Origin: Sediminibacterium sp.
Lineage (GTDB): Bacteria; Bacteroidota; Bacteroidia; Chitinophagales; Chitinophagaceae
Assembly (NCBI GenBank): GCA_044337245.1
Contig: JBIINW010000001.1
Span: 9,528 to 73,527, forward strand
Length of the DNA stretch: 64,000 nt
Direction of reading: 5' to 3'
The position numbers and the translations under genes were made by a program. The number at the start of each line of letters is the position of its first letter. Position 1 is the first letter of the stretch. The notes beneath the pieces are model-generated. The model ran no database searches. It had not been told where the DNA came from and worked only from the letters and a program-made list of their open reading frames with translations. Shown here in pieces: positions 47,783-57,813 of this stretch.

Positions 47783-49168
47783 TTAGGCAGATTGATTGCG
47801 CTCCTTCCACCACTCATTAAAAGTTTTGGGGGCAAAATCAAGTTCACTTCGGTGGGTAGTCCATCCTTTGAAAACACTATTCACCACCCAGTTCTTCATT
47901 CGGGCGTTTCCCATATTCATCATAGACCGATTTAAACTGGCCATCTTCCACATTTTCCAAGCAATCCGCTCAGTTAAACTGCTCATTCCTTGGGTAACCG
48001 CTTCGTGTCGGTTATCGAGAAGTAATTCGTGAAGATTGATTTTAACCGGACAAACCTCCGTGCAATTACCGCATAAGGAAGAGGCATAACTCAGGTGTTT
48101 GTATTCTTCCATTCCCTGCAAATGCGGTGTAATCACTTTTCCTATCGGTCCGCTATAGGTGGTTTCATAGGAATGACCGCCAATATTTTTATAAACCGGA
48201 CAAGCATTTAAGCAGGCACCGCAACGAATACAATACAAAGCCTCGCGAAAATCGGGGTTTTGTAATAGGTTGGTGCGACCATTATCTAACAAGATAACAT
48301 ACATTTCTTCCGGACCATCTGTTTCGGTAGCTTGGCGTGGACCGGTTACAATGGTATTATAAACAGTAACCTGCTGACCCGTTCCGAATGTAGCAAGCAG
48401 CGGCCAGAAGAGCGACAAATCATTTACGGAGGGGATTACTTTTTCTATGCCCACCACAACAATATGGGTAGCAGGCCATGCGCAGCTAAGTCGGGCATTC
48501 CCTTCATTTTCGGTAATGGCAATACCACCCACATCGGCTACTATAAAATTACCGCCGGTAACCCCAACCTGTGCTTCTGTATATTTTTCACGTAAAATTT
48601 TGCGGGCAACGCTTGTTAATTCTTCTGGTGTAAGATGAGCGGGAGTTCCTAATTTTTCGGCAAATAATTTAGCTACATCCTCCTTGCTCTTATGCATGGC
48701 AGGAGTAACAATGTGATAGGGAGCTTCCCCGTCTAACTGCTGAATATATTCCCCTAAATCTGTTTCAACACTTTCGATACCGCGGGCAGATAAAAAATCA
48801 TTTAGATGAATTTCTTCAGTAACCATACTTTTACTCTTCACCAGGGTAGTACAATTTTTTTGGGTGCAAATTTCTCCAATTGCCTCCAAGGCTTCGTTTG
48901 CATCATTTGCCCAAATTACTTTCGCACCACGAGCAGTAATTTTCTGTTCAAACTCTATCAGGTACTGATCTAAGTGCTCAACGGCTTCCCATTTTCTGTT
49001 TTTTGCTAACTGGCGACTTTCTTCTAAATGCGCGAATTGTTTTTTCCCCTGAGGAACAACTGCATTGTATTTGCCAATATTAAAATTGATTTTTCGGCGG
49101 TGCTCCAAATCAGCCGCCTTAATGGTACTTTTAGCAAGAAAGGAAGAAGCTGTGTTGTTCATTTTCAA
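47783..49168 (-). CDS. lutB: LutB/LldF family lactate-utilisation iron-sulfur protein
   Basis: KSKSMVTEE, ETDLGEYI, NEGNAR and 4Fe-4S motifs CIRCGACLNACP and SSLCGNCTEVCP. Confidence 0.9.
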   Translation of the reverse strand: MKMNNTASSFLAKSTIKAADLEHRRKINFNIGKYNAVVPQGKKQFAHLEESRQLAKNRKWEAVEHLDQYLIEFEQKITARGAKVIWANDANEALEAIGEICTQKNCTTLVKSKSMVTEEIHLNDFLSARGIESVETDLGEYIQQLDGEAPYHIVTPAMHKSKEDVAKLFAEKLGTPAHLTPEELTSVARKILREKYTEAQVGVTGGNFIVADVGGIAITENEGNARLSCAWPATHIVVVGIEKVIPSVNDLSLFWPLLATFGTGQQVTVYNTIVTGPRQATETDGPEEMYVILLDNGRTNLLQNPDFREALYCIRCGACLNACPVYKNIGGHSYETTYSGPIGKVITPHLQGMEEYKHLSYASSLCGNCTEVCPVKINLHELLLDNRHEAVTQGMSSLTERIAWKMWKMASLNRSMMNMGNARMKNWVVNSVFKGWTTHRSELDFAPKTFNEWWKERNQSA

Positions 49169-49753
49169 TTATGATTTAGCGAGCCGTTCTGCAGACTGCT
49201 CCAGTGCAAGATAAAATTCTGCTCCATATTTTCTAATCAGGGCATCCTTTAAAAAGATATATACGGGCATCGAAAGTTTAGTTCCCAGTGCACAGGCAGC
49301 CTGGCACAAGTCTTCTCTGGGTTCGTAGTTTACATATTCCATATCCGGATCCCGCCTATTCTTTTTGATTCGAATAGGGAAAAGGTGGCAAGAAATGGGC
49401 TTCTTCCAGCTGATCTTGCCGGCCAGATAAGCCTGTTCAATAGCACATAATATAACCCCATTTTTATCTTTTTTTCCATACGCACACAAGGCACCCTGTA
49501 TGGTGGGTGTTACCCAACCAAATTCTCGATCATACATGTATTTGCCTCTCTTTTCAACCTCCGCAATGCCGGCTTCCGTCATATAAGGTTTTACCAACTC
49601 ATAATAGGCGTTCAGCTCATCCAGCTCTGCTTTTTCAAGTGGGGCACCTGCATCGCCATCTTCACAACAGCCGCCTTTGCAACTGGTGAGGTCACAAACA
49701 AAGGCTTCCTGAACAACTTCATCGCTAATTAAAACGTGGTCAATGGCTATCAT
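49169..49753 (-). CDS. DUF3109 family cysteine-rich protein
   Basis: FVCDLTSCKGGCCEDGDAGAPL, CAIEQAY and KPISCHLFPIR motifs. Confidence 0.88.
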   Translation of the reverse strand: MIAIDHVLISDEVVQEAFVCDLTSCKGGCCEDGDAGAPLEKAELDELNAYYELVKPYMTEAGIAEVEKRGKYMYDREFGWVTPTIQGALCAYGKKDKNGVILCAIEQAYLAGKISWKKPISCHLFPIRIKKNRRDPDMEYVNYEPREDLCQAACALGTKLSMPVYIFLKDALIRKYGAEFYLALEQSAERLAKS

Positions 49754-49769
49754 ACGGCTAGGTTCTATT

Positions 49770-49777
49770 CAAAGGTA
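49770..49777 (-). promoter_or_regulatory. Bacteroidota -7 box for DUF3109-lutB
   Basis: TACCTTTG on the minus strand, 16 bp upstream of the ATG at 49753. Confidence 0.55.
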
Positions 49778-49795
49778 GTATATATATGAACGCTT

Positions 49796-50401
49796 TCAAC
49801 GATTACGCCATTGCAGGGTATTTACCATATGTTTCAGGTCGGTTAATAAAAAATCATTTACAATACCCAGTGAATCGGCATTGGGGGTGGCATCAAAATA
49901 CAGGGCTCCGCGCAAAAAATGCCGAACCGAATCGGTAACAAAAAACTGATGGGCAGTAGCCACATTTCCACCTACAGTAAAATATACGCCGGATACTTTT
50001 TGAGGGGTAACAAAAGCAGTGTCTTCTATGGAATATGCCATGGTATTGTGCTTACCGGTTATGCGATAAGCATCTTTAATCAGGGTGTCTAATGTATTGG
50101 GACCGATAGGTTTATAGCTGATGTATATTTTTCCGTTGAAACCTGGGAAATCGATATTGATCCACCAGGGATTTTCGGTGGGTTCCCCAAAAAAGGTAGA
50201 GTCTCTTACTACCCTTGCATATACAGGATATTCGAAGGTATATGGATAACCGGGTTGCTGAAAAGTTTGATAGGCACGCTGGGGGAAGGGGATGCTAAAA
50301 TATCCCTTGGGCTTAGCAGTATAGGTACTATTACAGGCCCATCCGCATATCATTAAAAAAAAAGCAAAACCATATACCGGATAGGATTTGAATGAACGCA
50401 T
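49796..50401 (-). CDS. gldD: Gliding motility lipoprotein GldD
   Basis: Lipobox WAC, KPKGYFSIPFP, GNVATAHQFFVTDSVRHFLRGALYF; adjacent to gldE. Confidence 0.9.
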   Translation of the reverse strand: MRSFKSYPVYGFAFFLMICGWACNSTYTAKPKGYFSIPFPQRAYQTFQQPGYPYTFEYPVYARVVRDSTFFGEPTENPWWINIDFPGFNGKIYISYKPIGPNTLDTLIKDAYRITGKHNTMAYSIEDTAFVTPQKVSGVYFTVGGNVATAHQFFVTDSVRHFLRGALYFDATPNADSLGIVNDFLLTDLKHMVNTLQWRNR

Positions 50402-50404
50402 AAC

Positions 50405-51751
50405 TTAGTCGGAATTGGTTTGTCGCCTGATAGTAACTTTTACCCGGTGAATGCGGTTTTTAATTACTTCCAGCACGGTAAATTCAAAATCCCCTGATTG
50501 CAGTACTTGCCCGGGCTTAGGAATTTCACCGGCAATTTCCAGCACTAAGCCTGCCAGCGAATCACTCTCACCCCGAACCGATTCAAAAGTGTCTTTTTTT
50601 AGTTCCATGATTTTACAAACATCATTAATCATGGTTTTTCCTTCGAACAGATAATTATTTTCATCAATTTTTTTATGACTGGCTTCCTCATCGTCAAATT
50701 CATCCTTGATATCGCCAATAATTTCCTCCAGAATATCTTCTAGAGTAACAATCCCGCTGGTTCCTCCGAATTCATCTACTACAACCGCAAAGTGTATATG
50801 TTTTTGTTGGAACTCTTTTAACAGATCTTCAATAAATTTTTGTTCATGCACAAAAAAGGGAGGTCGCATGAGTGAATGCCATTCAAAATTCTCCGGTTCA
50901 TTTAAGTGGGCCAATAAATCTTTAGTGTGGATCATTCCGGTTACATTATCCAAATCTTCTTTAAACACTGGTAACCGACTGTAGCGCCATTCTTTCACCT
51001 GCGCGATTAGTTCGGGAAATGAGGTATCATCGCTAATACCGTTCACATCAACCCGTGTTTTCATAATTTGTTTAACAGTAATATTGCCAAATTTTACAAT
51101 TCCCTTGAGTATATTCTTCTCGTTTTCGGTGGCAGTATGCTGGGTGGTTAAATCAATGGCATGGTCTAGTTCTTCTAAACTAAAAGCGCCGCTAGATCGA
51201 TGGGTGAGCTTAGTTTCTACCAAATCTGAATATTTTACCAAAAAGCGGCTTAACCGGCTACAGGTGTAATATACGATTTGAACTACTCCCCCAAAATCGT
51301 GGGCAAAGCGAATATTATTCTGGGTAGCCAGCACTTTAGGCATTACCTCTCCAAATAGCACCAGCATAAATGAAACAACCAGCACCTTAATTAAAAATTC
51401 TAACCAAACCCCATTAAAACTTTCGAAATTAAACAGGTTATCAATCAGTAAATTGGAGATGATGATGATGGATATATTTATAAAGCTATTGGCAATTAAA
51501 AGTGCGCCCAGTAATATTTTGGGCTCTTCCAACAATTTCACGATGCGTAAATAGGCAGGTTGCTGCTTCGATTTTAGCGTGTTCACATCCTTGTAGGAAA
51601 GTGAAAAGAAAGCAACTTCGGAACCTGACAATACAAAGGATAAAAAAAGCGACACAATCAGTACCACTACAAGAATGGTAGTACCCTGTGCCTGAATGCC
51701 CGAAAGTAGCACTGCATTTTGAAAAAACTGGTTAACCGGGTGGTGATCCAA
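50405..51751 (-). CDS. gldE: Gliding motility-associated CBS-domain membrane protein GldE
   Basis: SGSEVAFFSL, LFGEVMPK, YSRLPV and VVDEFGGTSGIVTLEDILEEIIGDI motifs. Probable TTG start at 51751; the track start is 51790. Confidence 0.88.
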   Translation of the reverse strand: MDHHPVNQFFQNAVLLSGIQAQGTTILVVVLIVSLFLSFVLSGSEVAFFSLSYKDVNTLKSKQQPAYLRIVKLLEEPKILLGALLIANSFINISIIIISNLLIDNLFNFESFNGVWLEFLIKVLVVSFMLVLFGEVMPKVLATQNNIRFAHDFGGVVQIVYYTCSRLSRFLVKYSDLVETKLTHRSSGAFSLEELDHAIDLTTQHTATENEKNILKGIVKFGNITVKQIMKTRVDVNGISDDTSFPELIAQVKEWRYSRLPVFKEDLDNVTGMIHTKDLLAHLNEPENFEWHSLMRPPFFVHEQKFIEDLLKEFQQKHIHFAVVVDEFGGTSGIVTLEDILEEIIGDIKDEFDDEEASHKKIDENNYLFEGKTMINDVCKIMELKKDTFESVRGESDSLAGLVLEIAGEIPKPGQVLQSGDFEFTVLEVIKNRIHRVKVTIRRQTNSD

Positions 51752-51891
51752 AGTAGTTTTTTTAGTTATCAATCGCCGGCTGGCCGGCATTATCCCTTAC
51801 AAATGTATTATTTCTATAGCAATCACCGAAAGAAGAACCCAAGGGTGTGGATATATAGTAGAATGAACCCGTTTTTATCGTAGGAGGGTAA

Positions 51892-52971
51892 TTAAGGCAT
51901 TTCAGTCGTTTCCATCCACTGATTAATAAATCGGGGAAAAGCCCGGTTTTTCAGCCGGTTAAGCGAAATCCACTGATAGTGCTGCAAAAAAGTAGGAATG
52001 GTTGTTAACTGGATGGTAATAAAATTACCCTTTATTTGCTGATGGGTAAGGCTTTGCTTGTATAAAGGGGAAATGGCCTCCAGTTGAAAAGTTCGTATAC
52101 CCTGCCCAACAAGCCACTCGGATACCAATTGCTTATCCCATTCTACAGGCTTGTCTGTTTCCATTAAGTAATACTCAGATAAGTGTTGCCAGATATCTCC
52201 CGAGGTTCTTTCACGCACCGCCCGCTTTCCCTGATAGTCAAAAACCCAATAAGTAAAATGCCGCACAGAACGCTGAATACTTTTTTCCTTAACCGGCAAT
52301 TGATGAACCCAGCCGTTTAGGCGGGCTGCACATTTCGTTTTCAGAAAACACTGGGCACAAAGAGGTTGCTGAGGTTTGCAGATTGTAGCCCCAAAATCCA
52401 TAATTGCCTGATTATAATTGCCCGGTGCTGATTGATACAGCAATTGATTGGCCAAATCGGAAAAATATTTTTTTCCTGCCGTTGAATCGGTGGGCGTATG
52501 ATTGCCAAAATAACGGGCCAATACCCTAAAAACGTTTCCATCTACTACCGCATAGGGCAGTTGAAAGGCAAAAGAAGCAATGGCAGCAGCTGTGTAAGGA
52601 CCAATTCCCGGCAAATCGAGTAGCTGTTGATAAGTGGGGGGAAATTTTCCCTGGTAGGTTTTGCAAACTATTCGGGCGGTTGCCAGCAGATTTCTACATC
52701 GGCTATAATACCCCAATCCTTCCCAAAGTTTAAAAACGTCGGCATCCTTAGCAGCAGCCAGTCGATCAACGGTGGGATAGGCTTTTACTATTCGGAGATA
52801 ATATTCCATACCCTGAACAACCCTTGTTTGCTGAAGGATAATCTCACTCAACCAAATTTTATAGGGATCTTTCTCCCCTTTCCAAGGCATTTGCCGGTTA
52901 TTGCCGGAATGATGCCATTTTATGAGTCTACCCGTAAAAAAACGTACCCCAGGCAGCTCATTGGGGGCCAT
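51892..52971 (-). CDS. mutY: A/G-specific adenine glycosylase
   Basis: IWLSEIILQQT, WEGLGYYSR, HhH LPGIGPYTA, VVDGNV and Fe-S motif CKPQQPLCAQCFLKTKC. Likely start at 52971. Confidence 0.95.
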   Translation of the reverse strand: MAPNELPGVRFFTGRLIKWHHSGNNRQMPWKGEKDPYKIWLSEIILQQTRVVQGMEYYLRIVKAYPTVDRLAAAKDADVFKLWEGLGYYSRCRNLLATARIVCKTYQGKFPPTYQQLLDLPGIGPYTAAAIASFAFQLPYAVVDGNVFRVLARYFGNHTPTDSTAGKKYFSDLANQLLYQSAPGNYNQAIMDFGATICKPQQPLCAQCFLKTKCAARLNGWVHQLPVKEKSIQRSVRHFTYWVFDYQGKRAVRERTSGDIWQHLSEYYLMETDKPVEWDKQLVSEWLVGQGIRTFQLEAISPLYKQSLTHQQIKGNFITIQLTTIPTFLQHYQWISLNRLKNRAFPRFINQWMETTEMP

Positions 52972-53160
52972 TTTCACGCTTGTTTTTGCAGACTTTATGC
53001 TAATCATATTATTTTATTATAGAATATTAAAAACAAAAATCAAGGATGAACGGATGAAGGGTATTTTTTTCTCTGTTAAAAGAATCTTTTAGGTTTACTT
53101 GTATATATCAAATAATTTGCTTTAATTTATATCAAATTGCATACTCATAAAAGATAATAT

Positions 53161-53451
53161 ATGAGAAAATCAGATTTAATAAATCAAATTTCAGATAAAA
53201 CCGGCATACCTAAGGTAGATGTTTTGGTTACATTAGAAACTATGTTTAAAGAAGTGAAAGACAGTCTTGCACGTGGTCAAAATATCTACATACGTGGCTT
53301 TGGCAGTTTCATTACTAAAAAAAGAGCTGCTAAAATAGGCAGGAATATTAAGAAGAATGTAGCGGTAGAAATTCCCGAACATTTTATTCCTGCATTTAAA
53401 CCAGCGAAAGAATTTGTTAGCGAAGTGAAATCTAAGCATAAGCAGGGTTAA
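53161..53451 (+). CDS. HU/IHF family DNA-binding protein
   Basis: IYIRGFGSF, GRNI and IPAFKPAKEF motifs; 96 aa. Confidence 0.95.
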   Translation: MRKSDLINQISDKTGIPKVDVLVTLETMFKEVKDSLARGQNIYIRGFGSFITKKRAAKIGRNIKKNVAVEIPEHFIPAFKPAKEFVSEVKSKHKQG

Positions 53452-53456
53452 CTTTG
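53449..53456 (+). promoter_or_regulatory. Bacteroidota -7 box overlapping the HU stop codon
   Basis: TAACTTTG, 11 bp upstream of the GTG start of the TPR gene. Confidence 0.5.
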
Positions 53457-53467
53457 CAAAAAAAACA

Positions 53468-54319
53468 GTGAACAAATCTCAGATTTTACTCCTGACAGGG
53501 GCAGGTATTTTACTCCTAGTGCTCTTCCTGTTTGGAAAAACCCATCTTCCCGAAAAAAATTTACCTGCTGTCGGCAATGCCTCAGAGGCACATAACCATC
53601 AGGATGAGTCGAATAACCTGATTGCTTCGGCCCGTAAAATATTGAAGCCTGGCCAACTAAATAGCCTACAATTAATTGAAAATCAATTAAATAAGGATAG
53701 CTCCTCGGAGAACAGGCTACATGTTTTTCATCAACTTTCGCGATTCTGGGCCGATTCGGCCGGTATTTTCGAAATGCAGGCCTATTATGCTGGAGAAGCA
53801 TCTAAATTGGAAAATTCTGAAAAAAGCCTCACCTTTGCCGCCCGGCTGTATTTAGATAACCTACTAAGTTCCTCTAATCAACCGGAGTTACAGCATTGGT
53901 TAGCAGAAAATGCAAAAGCTCTTTTTCAGCGGACATTGAAAATCAATCCGGCAAACGATTCGGCACGGATAGGTTTGGGAGCCTGCTACATATTTGGAAA
54001 CCTTTCCGACAATCCGATGGAAGGCATTTTGCCCATCCGTGAGATTGTTACCAAGAATCCGGATAATCTGTATGGCCAGCTGATATTGGGTTTGGGTGGA
54101 AAGCGGAGTGGCCAATACGATAAAGCGATTGAAAGATTTCAGCTGATTTTGAAAAAAGATCCGGCTAATCTGGAAGCCGCATTCAACCTGGCAGAATGTT
54201 ATGAGTTGAAAGGGAACAAAACAGAAGCCATCAGGGCTTATGAGAACCTGAAGAAACTGGTAAAACGCCCTGATATTATAAAAGAATTTGATAACAGAAT
54301 TAACGAGTTAAAAAAATAA
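53468..54319 (+). CDS. Tetratricopeptide-repeat protein
   Basis: N-terminal anchor and TPR helices (ALFQRTLKINP, AIERFQLILKKDP, NLAECYELKG). Confidence 0.85.
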   Translation: MNKSQILLLTGAGILLLVLFLFGKTHLPEKNLPAVGNASEAHNHQDESNNLIASARKILKPGQLNSLQLIENQLNKDSSSENRLHVFHQLSRFWADSAGIFEMQAYYAGEASKLENSEKSLTFAARLYLDNLLSSSNQPELQHWLAENAKALFQRTLKINPANDSARIGLGACYIFGNLSDNPMEGILPIREIVTKNPDNLYGQLILGLGGKRSGQYDKAIERFQLILKKDPANLEAAFNLAECYELKGNKTEAIRAYENLKKLVKRPDIIKEFDNRINELKK

Positions 54320-54350
54320 TCACCAATTTATTCATTAAAATACTCACTCT

Positions 54351-54446
54351 ATGCCCTGTGGTAAGAAAAGAAAGCGTCATAAAATTGCTACGCATAAACG
54401 TAAAAAACGCTTGAGGAAGAATCGCCATAAGAAAAAAAATAAATAA
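54351..54446 (+). CDS. 31-aa basic small protein, ribosomal bS22/mS38 (AURKAIP1/COX24)-like
   Basis: Not in the ORF track. MPCGKKRKRHKIATHKRKKRLRKNRHKKKNK* matches the family pattern MPxGKKRKRHK.ATHKRKKR. Confidence 0.88.
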   Translation: MPCGKKRKRHKIATHKRKKRLRKNRHKKKNK

Positions 54447-54471
54447 TTTTTTCTGATTCCTGCTTTTCCCC

Positions 54472-54500
54472 GCAGCTGCCAACCATAGCAGCTGCATTTT
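54472..54500 (+). terminator. Possible intrinsic terminator after the small ORF
   Basis: GCAGCTGC-caaccata-GCAGCTGC followed by ATTTT; the U-tract is short. Confidence 0.45.
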
Positions 54501-54627
54501 CGCACTATATAGTTTCCCTAATGTATATGCTTACCCTTGTTAGAGGGGTATATCGGTAATTATAATTAGTGTATTGCTTTAATAAAAGGCTATCGGGCTG
54601 GTGAGTTGCTTATAAATGCAGCCACAC

Positions 54628-56178
54628 GTGAACAAAGAATTAATAATCAATGCAGTGCCTACGGGCGTTGAAATTGCATTCCTGGAAGATAAAAAGCTGG
54701 TTGAACTACACAGCGAAAAAACGGATGCCAATTTTGCCGTGGGTGACTTATATCTGGGTAAGGTAAAGAAGCTTACCCCTGGCCTAAACGCGGCATTTGT
54801 AGACGTTGGATTTGAAAAAGACGCCTTTTTACATTACACCGATTTAAGTCCTTACATCCGTTCCCTACTCAAATTTACCCAACTGGCTACCCAACTTAAA
54901 GAGGGACAAACTTTTGATTTCAGCAAGTTCACCATTGAGCCTGAAATTTTAAAAAGTGGTAAGATAAATGAAGTACTGAATGGCAAGCCGCCTGTTTTGG
55001 TTCAGATTCTAAAAGAGCCAATTGCTGCCAAAGGCCCCCGTTTAAGCTGCGAAATTTCCCTTCCCGGCCGCTTTGTGGTGATGACGCCTTTCAACGAGAT
55101 TGTGGCGGTCTCTAAAAAAATTCATTCCGCAGATGAGCGGAAACGTTTGCATAAAATTGTAGAATCCATTCGCCCTAAAAACTTTGGGGTAATTGTACGT
55201 ACAGCAGCAGAGGGTAAATCTACGGCGGAATTACACCAAGATTTACTTAGCCTTTCCGAAACCTGGAAAAACATTCAGGAAAAGCTGCGCAAAGCCACTC
55301 CTCCCGTTCGAATATTGAGTGAAGAAAATAAAACCACCAGCATATTAAGAGACCTGCTGAATGCCGATTTTAATAAAGTGGTGGTAAATGATAAAACCCT
55401 GTTTACCGAAACCCAGCAATATATTCAGCGCATCGCGCCGGATAAATTGGATATTGTAAGTTATTATCAGAATGGTTTACCCATTTTCGATCAGTTTGGG
55501 GTTACCAAGCAGGTAAAATCATCTTTTGGCAAAACAGTGAACCTACCCAGCGGAGCTTATTTAATTATTGAGCATACCGAGGCCCTGCATGTGATAGACG
55601 TAAACAGTGGATATAAAAGCGTAAGTAACAATCAGGAAGAAAATGCCCTGCAAACCAATCTGGAAGCGGCAGAAGAAATTGCCCGTCAGCTTCGTTTACG
55701 GGATATCGGGGGAATTATTGTGGTAGACTTTATAGATATGAAGCTGCCCGACAATAAGCGGAAGGTTCAGGAGGCGATGGAAAATTATATGAAAACCGAC
55801 CGGGCAAAGCACTCGGTATTACCCATCTCTAAATTCGGTCTCTGCCAGATTACCCGCCAACGGATGCGCCCAGAAGTGAATATCAACACATCTGAAAATT
55901 GCCCCGTTTGCAGCGGAACTGGTAAAATCATGTCGACCCTTTTACTGGAAGACGAAATTGAAAAGAAAATAGCGTATTTGTCTACCCACAGCCATAAGAA
56001 GCTTATTTTATCGGTGAACCCAATTGTTCACTCCTACCTCACCAAAGGTTTCTTTACCTCCATTATTAAGCGCTGGAAGCGTAAATATGGCATATCACTC
56101 AAAGCCAAGGCGAATACCAACAATCATTTGGTAGAATATCGCTTTTTTAATGAGCAGGATGAGGAAGTAAAGCTATAA
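54628..56178 (+). CDS. Rne/Rng family ribonuclease
   Basis: S1 domain (GDLYLGKVKKLTPGLNAAFVDVG), VIDVNSG and GGIIVVDFIDM motifs. Probable GTG start at 54628. Confidence 0.95.
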   Translation: MNKELIINAVPTGVEIAFLEDKKLVELHSEKTDANFAVGDLYLGKVKKLTPGLNAAFVDVGFEKDAFLHYTDLSPYIRSLLKFTQLATQLKEGQTFDFSKFTIEPEILKSGKINEVLNGKPPVLVQILKEPIAAKGPRLSCEISLPGRFVVMTPFNEIVAVSKKIHSADERKRLHKIVESIRPKNFGVIVRTAAEGKSTAELHQDLLSLSETWKNIQEKLRKATPPVRILSEENKTTSILRDLLNADFNKVVVNDKTLFTETQQYIQRIAPDKLDIVSYYQNGLPIFDQFGVTKQVKSSFGKTVNLPSGAYLIIEHTEALHVIDVNSGYKSVSNNQEENALQTNLEAAEEIARQLRLRDIGGIIVVDFIDMKLPDNKRKVQEAMENYMKTDRAKHSVLPISKFGLCQITRQRMRPEVNINTSENCPVCSGTGKIMSTLLLEDEIEKKIAYLSTHSHKKLILSVNPIVHSYLTKGFFTSIIKRWKRKYGISLKAKANTNNHLVEYRFFNEQDEEVKL

Positions 56179-56293
56179 TATCCCCTTTAGACATATTACA
56201 TTCGTATTTTTTATCCTATTTTACTTAGGGAGCGCTATGCTCTCGGCAGTAATCTAGATAAAGCAGCATTTTTGAGAAATAAGATAGCCGCAC

Positions 56294-56324
56294 AAAAAAG
56301 GGCCGTTTCTTGCGAAACGACCCT
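56294..56324 (-). terminator. Intrinsic terminator of the susC-susD operon
   Basis: Minus strand AGGGTCGTTTC-GCAA-GAAACGGCCCT followed by a T-run: GNRA-loop hairpin plus U-tract, 25 bp after the susD stop. Confidence 0.85.
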
Positions 56325-56349
56325 GTAAGGTATAAATCAGTTACTACAA

Positions 56350-57792
56350 TTAATATCCTTCGTTCTGAACGAGATTCTTGTTTACATCCATCTCACGCTG
56401 TGGGATAGGCAATACAAGACGAGGACTGTTCCAGGCCGGTCCATTGGTAAAGTTAGATCCTGGCATAGATTCACGAAGCCGCTTACGATCGTGAAGATAG
56501 TGACCTTCGAAGGCCAGCTCCAGATCGCGCTCCAAAAGAATATTTGCCAAAGTGAGAGAAGCAGCAGGGATTTCAGGCAATGCTACCCGATCCCGAATGC
56601 GCTTAATATCGGCGGCAGGTGTAGCACCAACCGTAGTTCCCAATCTGAAATTGGCTTCAGCCCGCGTTATATATAATTCTGCTAAACGAATCACGGGTAC
56701 GTGACCAAAGCGGTCGAGGTGCTTCTGTGTTAAACGACGATTCGTTACCACAAAGAAGGAACGACGAACATCCGTTGCTCCATGGCGATTAACCCAGGCG
56801 GTTTGAACATCCAAATCGCCACGACCAGCAGTACCTGGAATGCCTCCCACGGTTTGTCCGTAGTAAGTATTCAAACCATTGGTACCATCCTGTGTAGTAA
56901 CACGCATATGGAATACATATTCACGGGGAGCTACACCACCAAAATTAATGTAGGTATAGTATAAATCGCGGAAATTGGGTGTAAGGCTGATACCTCTTCC
57001 TTCAAAATCCGTAATGGCATTGCTGGCCATATCACGGGCAGTTGCATAATCTCCCTGCATGAGGGCAATTCTAGACAGCTGAGTCCAAGCAGCCGACCTA
57101 GTTGCATAGTGCAGGTTGGTGGTAGGTAAAAGAGTAGCTGCTCTCTGCAGATCGGTAATAGCTCTACCATATACAGCAGCAACAGATGCACGAGCTGGAT
57201 AGTTATCATCTTTTAACCCACTCACCTGAAAAGGCGTTGGCGTTAAAATAAGGGGAACCGCCAAGTTTGTTGAATTATCACCATCGCCCCAGGTTTTACC
57301 AAATAAACGAGCGAGCTCAAAATACAATGAACCTCGGATGAATAGGGCTTCTGCTTCTATCCTGTCCTTCTTTGAAGTTGACGAAGTAACCAAGTTCAGG
57401 TTGGCCAAAACCAAGTTACAAGAATTGATGGTACGATAGGCATTAGACCATAATGAGGCTGCCCATGCATTATCTTTTAAGATAAGGTTGCTGGTGGTAG
57501 TTACACTGGCGATTTCTAGCAAACCGGCAAATGATCCGCGGAAACGGAGATAGGCACGATTGGCATAGAGGTCAGCCATCAATTGGATGTCTCCACCATA
57601 AGAGGATGTGCTTTGCAAAGCATCGTAGGCACCAATTAACATACCATTTAGGTCGCTTTCTGTTTTCAATGCCTGCTCAGGGGGCAGACTTTGAAAAGGA
57701 ACAATATCCAGGCGCTTTTCGCAGGCTGTTATCGAAAGCATCAGCATAGCTACCAGTGAAATTGTAAATAATTTATTTCTCATAAAATTCAT
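56350..57792 (-). CDS. RagB/SusD family outer-membrane lipoprotein
   Basis: Lipobox ITAC, EAEALFIRGSLYFEL, RLAELYITRAEA and ERDLELAFEGH motifs. Confidence 0.93.
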   Translation of the reverse strand: MNFMRNKLFTISLVAMLMLSITACEKRLDIVPFQSLPPEQALKTESDLNGMLIGAYDALQSTSSYGGDIQLMADLYANRAYLRFRGSFAGLLEIASVTTTSNLILKDNAWAASLWSNAYRTINSCNLVLANLNLVTSSTSKKDRIEAEALFIRGSLYFELARLFGKTWGDGDNSTNLAVPLILTPTPFQVSGLKDDNYPARASVAAVYGRAITDLQRAATLLPTTNLHYATRSAAWTQLSRIALMQGDYATARDMASNAITDFEGRGISLTPNFRDLYYTYINFGGVAPREYVFHMRVTTQDGTNGLNTYYGQTVGGIPGTAGRGDLDVQTAWVNRHGATDVRRSFFVVTNRRLTQKHLDRFGHVPVIRLAELYITRAEANFRLGTTVGATPAADIKRIRDRVALPEIPAASLTLANILLERDLELAFEGHYLHDRKRLRESMPGSNFTNGPAWNSPRLVLPIPQREMDVNKNLVQNEGY

Positions 57793-57813
57793 ATTAAGGT
57801 GTTCGTGATTTGA

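Noticed and set aside
51774-51790. GCCGGC-TG-GCCGGC near the gldE start
   Set aside because: A short GC-rich near-palindrome that does not match the 20-bp element, with no evidence of insertion.
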